The translations under genes and the position numbers were made by a program. The notes under the pieces were generated by a model. That model worked only from the letters and a program-made list of their open reading frames with translations. It ran no database searches and was not told where the DNA came from. From Myxococcales bacterium (lineage in GTDB: Bacteria; Myxococcota_A; Polyangia; Polyangiales; Polyangiaceae): a DNA stretch of 64,000 bases. Positions 42,693 through 50,424 of this stretch are shown here, one piece after another. The stretch's first letter is position 1. The number at the start of each line of letters is the position of its first letter. Where the stretch lies: contig JAYTOU010000003.1 of assembly GCA_043747615.1 (NCBI GenBank), positions 160,001 through 224,000 of the forward strand, given 5' to 3'.

Positions 42693-44129
42693 ATGATTCC
42701 TACCGAAGCGCAGACGATCGCATCCCGGTACAAAGTCCTCCGCGAGCTCGGTCGCGGAGGGATGGGCGTCGTCTACCTCGTAGAGCACGTTCACACGGGC
42801 GATCATCTCGCCCTCAAGCTGCTCCTCGGTGACGCGGCCTTCGATGCTGGCGCGGTCGAACGCTTCAAGCGCGAAGCCCGCGCCTCTGCGCGAATCAAGA
42901 GCGAAAATGTCGTCAAAGTCGTAGACGCCGACACCGCCCCCGAGCTCGGCGGTGCGCCGTTCCTCGTCATGGAGCTGCTCAACGGAAACGATCTTCAAAA
43001 GCAGCTCGAGCAGCGCGGTCGCTTCTCACCCGCTGACGCGCTGAAGTACCTGACCGAAGCTGCACGTGCGCTCGACAAGTCGCACGCGATTGGGATCGTG
43101 CATCGGGATTTGAAGCCGGAGAACCTCTATCTCCACACCCGTGAAGATGGGACTACGCTTCTGAAAATTCTCGACTTCGGCATATCGAAGGTAGTCGGCG
43201 GCGAAACAGGTAATGACATGACCGGTGCCGGAATGACGAATACCGGAACGGTAATGGGCACTCCGCTTTATATGTCACCGGAACAAGCGCGCGGGCGCGT
43301 CGCCGAAATCGGCCCCGGGACGGACGTCTGGGCGATGGGGCTCATCTCGCTCCAGCTCCTCACCGGCGAGGTCTACTGGCAGGCGAACACCGTCGCCGAG
43401 CTCATGTCGCAGATCCTCTCCGAGCCGCTCTACCCGCCCACCGGGCGATGGCCGTGGCTTCCCTCGGCGATGGATGCGTGGTTCGCACGGTCGTGCGCGC
43501 GCGAGCACACACTGCGTTTCGCGCATGTCGGCGAGCAGATCGACGCGCTCGGTGAAGCGCTCGGCCTTCGTAAAGCCGCCGCGCCGATTCCGCAGTCATC
43601 GGTCTCGGCCCTCGCGGCAACCGCGTCGCAGGGTGATGCCTCGGGGAACGTGTACGCGGCGACTCCGGCGCAAGCCGCGCAAATACTCGGAGTTCACACG
43701 ACGACGGGCGCGGTCGCTCGAGATGGCGCTCCGCGAAAAGCGCGCAGCCGTTCGGTCGTCGCTGCGGGGATCGGCATTATCGTTCTCGCAGCGGCGGGGA
43801 CTGGAGCTGCGTGGATCGTGCGTGCGCAGATGCATGCGGCTCCAGGATCGGTGAGCGCAGCCTCGGTTGCGAACGCATCGTCGCTACCAGAGATCACTGC
43901 TTCGTCCCCCCCGGCTCCGATCGAAGTGCCCTTGGCGCGGTCAGTGGATGCGGGCGTATCTCCGAGTGCCGTCCCGGCGCCACCCAGATCCGCAGCCGCG
44001 GTAAACCCAAAGCCGGGTACGCGCCTGCCCGCTGCCCACAAGCCGCCCGCGCCAAACGCCGAAGCGCCGTCCTCAAACGAAGTCCCCGCGTCCGGTCCAA
44101 AGAAGCCGTTCGCACCCGCGGGTCTCTGA
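42693..44129 (+). CDS. Transmembrane Ser/Thr protein kinase
   Basis: LGRGGMGVV, ALK, HRDLKPEN, DFG, GTPLYMSPEQ; one TM helix; Pro/Ala-rich extracytoplasmic tail. Confidence 0.94.
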   Translation: MIPTEAQTIASRYKVLRELGRGGMGVVYLVEHVHTGDHLALKLLLGDAAFDAGAVERFKREARASARIKSENVVKVVDADTAPELGGAPFLVMELLNGNDLQKQLEQRGRFSPADALKYLTEAARALDKSHAIGIVHRDLKPENLYLHTREDGTTLLKILDFGISKVVGGETGNDMTGAGMTNTGTVMGTPLYMSPEQARGRVAEIGPGTDVWAMGLISLQLLTGEVYWQANTVAELMSQILSEPLYPPTGRWPWLPSAMDAWFARSCAREHTLRFAHVGEQIDALGEALGLRKAAAPIPQSSVSALAATASQGDASGNVYAATPAQAAQILGVHTTTGAVARDGAPRKARSRSVVAAGIGIIVLAAAGTGAAWIVRAQMHAAPGSVSAASVANASSLPEITASSPPAPIEVPLARSVDAGVSPSAVPAPPRSAAAVNPKPGTRLPAAHKPPAPNAEAPSSNEVPASGPKKPFAPAGL

Positions 44130-44265
44130 TCCAAATTGCTCGAGAACCATGCTGGTCTTTGCTCGCGCTACGCTCATGTCACGGATCGCGCGGCACCCTG
44201 CAGCGAGAACGATTCATCCCTGCGATCTGCCTGAAATCAAGAACAAGCGAGGCGGGTCGCGGAGC

Positions 44266-44973
44266 TCAGGTCGGCGCGGCAGACTTCCTGCGCAACCGGC
44301 TTAAATGCTCGGGGGTGATGCGCAAGTACGAGGCGATCTGGTACTGCTTCGCAGCCTGCACGATCCATGGTTCGTGACGCCGCAGATGAGCGTAGTGGAT
44401 CGCCGGAGACATCGTCGCGAAGCGGAATTCACGCTCGAGCACGATGCGCTGAGACGCGGCGACCGCGTTACGAATCGCGAGCGCGACGTCGTCGCTTTGG
44501 GCGCACAAGGCTTCGACGTCGGCCCAATCGATGGCCAGCAGCTCGCAATCGGTCACGGCGGCCAGGTTGACGCTGGCGATGGGGGCGTCGAACGCGTTGG
44601 CAATCACCGCGCCTTCCTGAGCAAAACAGCGCGTGACGTCGCGCCCGTCTTCGCATTCGTAAAGCTCGCGCACGATCCCCGAGACCACGAACGAGGCTTG
44701 CGGCGCGCGGCCGGGCCCGAGAAGCTTCTCCTCGGCGCGGAGGGCGACTGCGCGGCATTTCGCTCTCAGCAAAGCGGCGCCTTCTGCCGACAGCCCGCCA
44801 AGCGCAGCCCGGGCGGCGAGAATAATTTGTTCGCGACGTGTTGGCGCTCCCGCACGGGAGTTCCATTCAAGCGACGGGTCGCGCTTCGCCCTCATCCAGA
44901 AGGTTTGCTCCGCATCAGCCGCGGGAGCTTGCCGCTTCGACGCGCGGATCGCAACCGCGTTATCCGTTCGCAC
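44266..44973 (-). CDS. Crp/Fnr family transcriptional regulator
   Basis: FVVSGIVR..Y..EDGRD cNMP-binding fold; QYQIASYLRITPEHLSRLRRK HTH; start uncertain. Confidence 0.85.
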   Translation of the reverse strand: MRTDNAVAIRASKRQAPAADAEQTFWMRAKRDPSLEWNSRAGAPTRREQIILAARAALGGLSAEGAALLRAKCRAVALRAEEKLLGPGRAPQASFVVSGIVRELYECEDGRDVTRCFAQEGAVIANAFDAPIASVNLAAVTDCELLAIDWADVEALCAQSDDVALAIRNAVAASQRIVLEREFRFATMSPAIHYAHLRRHEPWIVQAAKQYQIASYLRITPEHLSRLRRKSAAPT

Positions 44974-45099
44974 CGTGCATTTCAGTTAGCAATGCGAGTC
45001 GCTTCGGATACGTCGAGCGGCACCTTGTCCAGAGTGGCTTTCCGCACTTCGTCTTCCTCAAGACCCGGGTGCGTCAGGTGATGAGCGCGCCGCGGCGTC

Positions 45100-46710
45100 T
45101 CAGGGAAGTCCCACCGTGATGGCCATGTCTCGCGCGCGTTTCCAGAACAGCTGGTACTCGTCGCGCTCGGTCTGGACGGCGATGGGAGTGGGGGCAAAAG
45201 ATTGTTCAGCGTAGACGCCGTGCGAACCGTTGGAGCCGTCGTCGGGAAACCAGAACGGATTGTTGGTGGGAGTCGGGCCGGAATTAGAGTGATTCCCGGG
45301 TGCGTTGATCCAGCCCGAGTAATTGTTGTCGATCAGGTTGTTGTGGAAGCTGGTTACGTATTGCTTCCAGAGATAACCGCCGACGTTGTTGGCCCAGATG
45401 ACCGTCCCGTCCTCCAGCACCCCCGCGCTGATCATTCGATTGGCGTGAACGTGCACACTCGACCCGCCCGCAATGCCGATTCCGCAATTGGTAGTACCGA
45501 TGACGATGTTGTTTGAAATATCCGAATGTCCGTTCAGGGCCTCGCTTCCCCCGGGGTCGGCTCCGTCGCTGATGATGCCGCAACCAGAGTAGGCCCCGCC
45601 CCCTTCGCCGCCGGGACCTGCTGGCTTGCCGGGCTCGGTCGCGTAGCCGCCGTAGACCACGTTGTCGTGCACCAGAATGGGGGCAGCGGCAGTACCAGAG
45701 GATGCGTACAGATTGACGATGTCCTCCGAGAACCCGATCGACGGCTCCTGGGAGATCTCGTTCCAGCCGATGTCTGCAGAGGCGCATGACGAGACGCCGT
45801 TCAGCTGGACGGCGTGCGCGACACCCCCGGCCGTGAAGCGAAGCGGCTTGTACGTGCCGTCGGCGTTGGTCTGGCGGCCCTGTACATTGCGCATCCGGTT
45901 GAAGCGGACGGCGATCTTCTTTTGCGCGCCATCGAGCTGCCCGTCGACATAGACGACGAAGAGCCATGATTCGGCGTAGCTGTGCTCGACCACCACGGAG
46001 CTCGGCTTCCCCGCGGAGACGAACTTACCGTTGGACGAGTCTTGTTTCATGGGATGAAGTCCCCAGCCTCGCGTTCCGCGTACCTCCACCTCGGCGCCCG
46101 GTCCGACCTCGATGCCGTTGCCCATGGAGGCGACGCGAGCGTTCTCCACGATCACGCCTTTCACGTTCGCCGCAATCTGCACGGCCGGCTTTGAAGAGTC
46201 GAGCGAGCGCCAGTTGCCGGTGTACACGCCGGGAGCGGTGATCGTCAGCGGGAGGGCGCTCCAGGTCCGCGCGGGCTGGACACCGTCAACGGAAAGCACG
46301 AGGTGCTCTGTGCCGGCCACCACCGCGTAGACCCGGTAATAGACATGGACATCGTCGTAAACGTAAGGATCGGCCATCGTGAGCTTGCCAGGCGGCGCGG
46401 AGTCCACCATGACCCGCGACGGGTCGGCGGCATTCCGCATGGAGTACAGTCGATATTCGCTCACCGTTCCCTGCAGGAAGGCCGGGTAGGACACGACGAA
46501 GCGATCACCGTCGTTGGCCAAGGGCGCCGCGGGTGCAAGCGTCGCATCCGCGCTTGGTCCGGCGTCGGTCTCCATCGCTCCCGCGCCGTCACGTTCGCCG
46601 GTGCCGCCTTCCGACGAGACGGGAGGAGCTGGTGCAACGCCTGCATCGCTACACGACGCGAGGAAGGCCAAGGCATACGACACGATTGCAATCGTCTTCG
46701 TCTTCGTCAT
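45100..46710 (-). CDS. Lipoprotein with right-handed parallel beta-helix (pectin-lyase-like) domain
   Basis: Lipobox LASC; Asn-ladder strands (VRFNRM, IGWNEI, VHDNVV, ISNNIV, VHANRM, IDNN). Confidence 0.75.
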   Translation of the reverse strand: MTKTKTIAIVSYALAFLASCSDAGVAPAPPVSSEGGTGERDGAGAMETDAGPSADATLAPAAPLANDGDRFVVSYPAFLQGTVSEYRLYSMRNAADPSRVMVDSAPPGKLTMADPYVYDDVHVYYRVYAVVAGTEHLVLSVDGVQPARTWSALPLTITAPGVYTGNWRSLDSSKPAVQIAANVKGVIVENARVASMGNGIEVGPGAEVEVRGTRGWGLHPMKQDSSNGKFVSAGKPSSVVVEHSYAESWLFVVYVDGQLDGAQKKIAVRFNRMRNVQGRQTNADGTYKPLRFTAGGVAHAVQLNGVSSCASADIGWNEISQEPSIGFSEDIVNLYASSGTAAAPILVHDNVVYGGYATEPGKPAGPGGEGGGAYSGCGIISDGADPGGSEALNGHSDISNNIVIGTTNCGIGIAGGSSVHVHANRMISAGVLEDGTVIWANNVGGYLWKQYVTSFHNNLIDNNYSGWINAPGNHSNSGPTPTNNPFWFPDDGSNGSHGVYAEQSFAPTPIAVQTERDEYQLFWKRARDMAITVGLP

Positions 46711-46787
46711 CGGGCCTGATCTTTCGAGAAGGGTCGTGAGGATTGATACTAGACTTCAAAGGGTGCCCGCGACGCTCGCGCCTCGCA

Positions 46788-46801
46788 TTAACTATTGTCA
46801 A
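46788..46801. promoter_or_regulatory. Crp/Fnr-type box TTAAC-N4-GTCAA
   Basis: One mismatch from the palindrome TTGAC-N4-GTCAA, in an AT-rich patch upstream of the unit that includes the Crp/Fnr gene. Confidence 0.45.
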
Positions 46802-47131
46802 TAACCCGACGCTGAGTGCTTCGCTCTAGGTGTGGGTTTTTGTCGCGCATTAGGCGCTGTTCTACGGCTCGTTCGCATCACCTTTGCAACCACGGCACGC
46901 AGGGAATCCTCAATGAAGATGCGCCGATGGCAAACGGAGTACGTCTAGGTGGAATGTTCAGAATGCCAACACGACGCCGCGCGGCACATCAAGGCGCCAC
47001 CGAGGACGACGACGCCACGTCCGATAGCCACATTACTTTGCGCATACGCCGCAGAGGCGGCTCCATAGTCTTTTTCATTCCTTGACGATCCTCGCCGTCC
47101 CGATCGCCCTTCGCGTGATACTTCTCCACCG

Positions 47132-47431
47132 GTGCGAAGAGCTTCAAGATGCAACGCGGTGCCGCGCGATCTTTCGTGCCGGCCGCTCCGCTCGGGGGAC
47201 GCCGAAGTCGTCCTCCTGTCGTTCACGCCGGCGGCGCACGGGCAGCTGACGGAGGCCGAACGGGACGTTGCGCTCGCGGTTGCGCGCGGGCTCTCGAACG
47301 GCGAGATCGCGGAGATGCGCGGCGCATCACCTCGCACGATCGCAAATCAGGTGGCCGCAATCCTGAAGAAGCTCGGCGTCGGATCGCGCGTCGCCTTGGC
47401 TGTGCAGTTCGGCGCGCTGGACTTCGTATGA
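47132..47431 (+). CDS. Small stand-alone LuxR-type HTH protein
   Basis: LTEAERDVALAVARGLSNGEIAEMRGASPRTIANQVAAILKKLGVGSR; start uncertain. Confidence 0.85.
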   Translation: MRRASRCNAVPRDLSCRPLRSGDAEVVLLSFTPAAHGQLTEAERDVALAVARGLSNGEIAEMRGASPRTIANQVAAILKKLGVGSRVALAVQFGALDFV

Positions 47432-47465
47432 CCGGGCGTCCCGCCCGGCAACGCGGGGGGCGACC

Positions 47466-48446
47466 ATGCTCAAGGTCAACACCGCTGCGATCCTGAAAAT
47501 CGTCGAAGCGTGCTACGCCTCCGACGCTGATTGGCCCGCGCGGATCTTGGGCTACGTGCGGGCACTCTTCGACGCAAACCTTACGGTCGCCTCCTTCGAA
47601 TTTCAATCAAGCTCCGTGCGCGACGGGATCCGTTTTGACTCGATCGAGCGCAGCCGATCCCTCGGTGGCGACGTCGACATCGAAGAGGCGATTCGCCAGC
47701 ACCTTCTCCTCCCGCCGCCGATCGTCGCCGCGCTTTTTCGTCGGACTAGTGCAAGCACGACGAGTGCGCAAACAGGGCTCGGCGACACGATTCCACGGTT
47801 CCCGCCCTGGCGCCGAATGTGGCAAATGCCGGTCGTCGACGCACTCGGACTCGTCGCCCGCGATCCTTCTGGCTCCGGGATGTGTGTATGCGTCGGGCTC
47901 CGTGAAACAACGTCTCTCACGTCGCGACGGGCCGCGCTCCTAACGAAGGTCGCGGTGCATCTCGGCGCAGGGTCACGGCTGCGTCGCGCCAAGAATCTGG
48001 GCTTCCCCGACGATGCCGAAGCAATCCTCACGCCGAATGGCAACGTGCTCCACGCAAACGAGTTTGCGAAAAACAAGCGCGATTTGCTCGACGAAGGGCG
48101 ACGACGGCGTAACGAGGCGCGAAACACGACGCACGACCCGGAAAAGGCCCTCGAGATCTGGCGCGGGCTCACCGCGGGACGCTGGTCGCTCGTCGACCAC
48201 TTCGATACCGACGGGAAACGATTCCTGCTCGCGATGAAAAACATCCCCACGGTCGACAAGCGCGCTGATCTCACGCCTCGCGAGCGTCGGGTGTGTGCGC
48301 TCGCCGCGATGGGGCATCGCGACAAAGAGATCGCGTACATGCTGGGGCTGTCGAGCGCCTCGGTGACAGCGTCGTTACACCGCGCGCGTGTAAAGCTCGG
48401 CGTGAAATCGCGCGTCGAGCTCGCGAGGATCTGGACCGGAAGATGA
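47466..48446 (+). CDS. LuxR-family HTH regulator, paralog of 36999..38021
   Basis: Near-identical C-terminus GRWSLVDHFDTDGKRFLLAMKN...MGHRDKEIAYMLGLS. Confidence 0.88.
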   Translation: MLKVNTAAILKIVEACYASDADWPARILGYVRALFDANLTVASFEFQSSSVRDGIRFDSIERSRSLGGDVDIEEAIRQHLLLPPPIVAALFRRTSASTTSAQTGLGDTIPRFPPWRRMWQMPVVDALGLVARDPSGSGMCVCVGLRETTSLTSRRAALLTKVAVHLGAGSRLRRAKNLGFPDDAEAILTPNGNVLHANEFAKNKRDLLDEGRRRRNEARNTTHDPEKALEIWRGLTAGRWSLVDHFDTDGKRFLLAMKNIPTVDKRADLTPRERRVCALAAMGHRDKEIAYMLGLSSASVTASLHRARVKLGVKSRVELARIWTGR

Positions 48447-48532
48447 TTCGGTTCGAGCGCGTCCGCCTGATCGAACTGCTCGATGCGTCGTACGACTCGT
48501 TCGACGCGGTAGAAGACGAAACCGGGTGGGCT
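48443..48532 (+). pseudogene. 5' stub of a third large LuxR paralog
   Basis: ATGA overlap; MIRFERVRLIELLDASYDSFDAVEDETGWA vs MLHLDKTPLIDLIVASYDTTEEKEPWA; then runs into IS66 debris. Confidence 0.7.
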
Positions 48533-48547
48533 CCCGGTTTCGCCGGG

Positions 48548-48763
48548 TCAGTACGGCAGGACGTGGACGATCTCGGCGAGGTAGCCCTCGGCATCGATGC
48601 GGTGAAGAGCGCACGAGGCGATGAGAGAGAGAACGTTGGCGGCGGCCTGGGCGTGATCGTCAAAGCCACAGAGGAGCCAGGCTTTTCTTCCGACGGCGAT
48701 GGTTCGCAGAGCACGCTCCGAGGCGTTGTTGTCGAGGCGGAGGCGTTCGTCGTCGAGGAAAAA
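48548..48763 (-). mobile_element. IS66-family transposase (TnpC) C-terminal fragment, inactive
   Basis: FLDDERLRLDNNASERALRTIAVGRKAWLLCG...SLIASCALHRID..GYL; no N-terminal part, no terminal IRs seen. Confidence 0.88.
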
Positions 48764-48914
48764 CTCTTTGAAGACGGAGCGCGACGCGAGCTGGAGCCAA
48801 CACCGATTTCGCAACGACGCGGGTCTACGTGAGAGAGGCGGAGATCCTGCGCCGGCTTTGGCGGAATGTTCCCACAGTTGCCTCCCACCCTGGTTTCGCC
48901 AGGGGGGCGCTCTG

Positions 48915-48980
48915 CAATCGTCTGAATCGTCTAGCGAATCGTCTGGGATGCCGAAACCCGAGCTAACTACTCGGAATTAC
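48915..48980. other. Attachment-site-like region: three (G/C)AATCGTCT direct repeats plus IHF-like motif next to the tRNA-Asp 3' end
   Basis: Repeats at 48915, 48924, 48936; GCTAACTACTCGGAATTAC at 48962-48980. Confidence 0.55.
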
Positions 48981-49056
<76 letters not shown>

Positions 49057-49111
49057 AGAACGGACGTGAAATTCCAAGTTATCAACGAATAAGAAAGTCC
49101 TGCCAAATCGG

Positions 49112-49183
49112 TAGGCGGGACAGGCATCGAACCTGCGACATCCGGCGTGTAAAGCCAGCGCTCTGCCACTGAGCTACCCGCCC
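49112..49183 (-). tRNA. tRNA-Val(TAC)
   Basis: GGGCGGGTAGCTCAGTGGCAGAGCGCTGGCTT-TAC-ACGCCGGATGTCGCAGGTTCGATGCCTGTCCCGCCTA cloverleaf. Confidence 0.96.
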
Positions 49184-49205
49184 AGAACAACCGGAAAGCG
49201 CGCGG

Positions 49206-49234
49206 AAACTGCAACATTCGCGCGGGTTGGTCAA
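49206..49234 (-). promoter_or_regulatory. Candidate sigma70 promoter of the tRNA pair
   Basis: TTGACC-17 nt-CAGTTT followed by a GC-rich discriminator. Confidence 0.55.
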
Positions 49235-49285
49235 GTCAAAAGGGCGCTCGTCATAAGAGGGACGCTTCGGATAGGGTAAAACGGT

Positions 49286-50416
49286 GTGATTTCTGCGCGC
49301 GCGCGTCAGCGTTTGCGCGATTCACCACCCGAGAAAATCGTGAACGCAGACAAGCCAAACCCAGCGACGGTTCCCCCGCCGCCCAATCATCGAGACAGTC
49401 TCATCGGCCGGATTCTCAGCGAGAGGTACCGCCTCGTCTCGGCGCTGGAAGAAGGCGGGATGGGTCTGGTCTTCATCGCGGAGACGATCCCCGAGAGAAA
49501 TACTCTCGCCATAAAAATTCTAAAGCCCGAGTTCCAAAGCGATCCGGAGGTGGTGGCTCGCTTCCTCGACGAGGCCCGCGCGGCTGAGCGCTTCGTGCAC
49601 CCGAACATCGTGCGCATCTTCGGGCACGGCGTCTCTGGCGACGGCACGCCGTACATCACGATGGAGCTCCTCGAAGGAGTGCCTTTCAACAAATACACGA
49701 AGAAGGGCGAGCGCACGCCCTTCGCTCAGGCCCTTCCGATCATGCAGAGCATCCTCTGCGGTCTCACAGCGGCGCACGCAGCGGGCGTCGTGCATCGCGA
49801 TCTCAAGCCGGCGAATATTTTCTTGTCGCGCAACCCGCAGGGCGTGTTCGAGGTGAAGCTCCTCGACTTCGGGATCGCCAAGGTGATGGACGCGGCCGGC
49901 GGAATGGGCTCGAAAACCCGCACCGGAATGTTCCTCGGCACGCCCGCGTACATGAGCCCGGAACAGATCAAAAGCCCGAAAAACGTCGACGCGCGCACCG
50001 ACCTTTGGGCCGCGGGAGTCATGTTTTATCGCATGCTCACCGGGACGCCGCCGTTCAGCGGGCAGTACGATGTCGATCGACTCTCGGCGATCCTCACCGA
50101 GACGCAGGTGCCGATGGAGCGGATCGATCCGAGCCTCGCCCCGCTCTCCGAGTTCATGACCCGGGCGCTCCAGAAAGATCGCGCGAACCGATTTCAGTCG
50201 GCGACGGAAATGGCCCAGGCGCTCGGCCAAGCGGCGCAAGGAGTCGCGGCGGGGCACTCTGCGAACGCCCCGAGCCACGCACCGGAGGCGGACGACGTTG
50301 CCGGCCTTCCGAAAAAGAGGGCGAGCGGACCGTCGTGGGCGCTCGCGGTAGTCCTCATTCTCCTCGCGCTTGCCGGCGGTGTGGGGAGCGGTTTCGCCCT
50401 CGCAAAATACCGCTAA
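49286..50416 (+). CDS. Ser/Thr protein kinase with C-terminal TM anchor
   Basis: EGGMGLV, AIK, HRDLKPAN, DFG, GTPAYMSPEQ, DLWAAG; start 49286 or 49340. Confidence 0.92.
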   Translation: MISARARQRLRDSPPEKIVNADKPNPATVPPPPNHRDSLIGRILSERYRLVSALEEGGMGLVFIAETIPERNTLAIKILKPEFQSDPEVVARFLDEARAAERFVHPNIVRIFGHGVSGDGTPYITMELLEGVPFNKYTKKGERTPFAQALPIMQSILCGLTAAHAAGVVHRDLKPANIFLSRNPQGVFEVKLLDFGIAKVMDAAGGMGSKTRTGMFLGTPAYMSPEQIKSPKNVDARTDLWAAGVMFYRMLTGTPPFSGQYDVDRLSAILTETQVPMERIDPSLAPLSEFMTRALQKDRANRFQSATEMAQALGQAAQGVAAGHSANAPSHAPEADDVAGLPKKRASGPSWALAVVLILLALAGGVGSGFALAKYR

Positions 50417-50424
50417 AGACTTAC

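Noticed and set aside
46913..47068. Frame MKMRRWQTEYV*VECSECQHDAARH... with CxxC after an in-frame TAG (recoding or zinc-finger relic)
   Set aside because: Too short, no pyrrolysine machinery in view and no recognisable family
48293..48832. 179-aa plus-strand ORF
   Set aside because: Chimera of the LuxR stub and the antisense strand of the IS66 fragment
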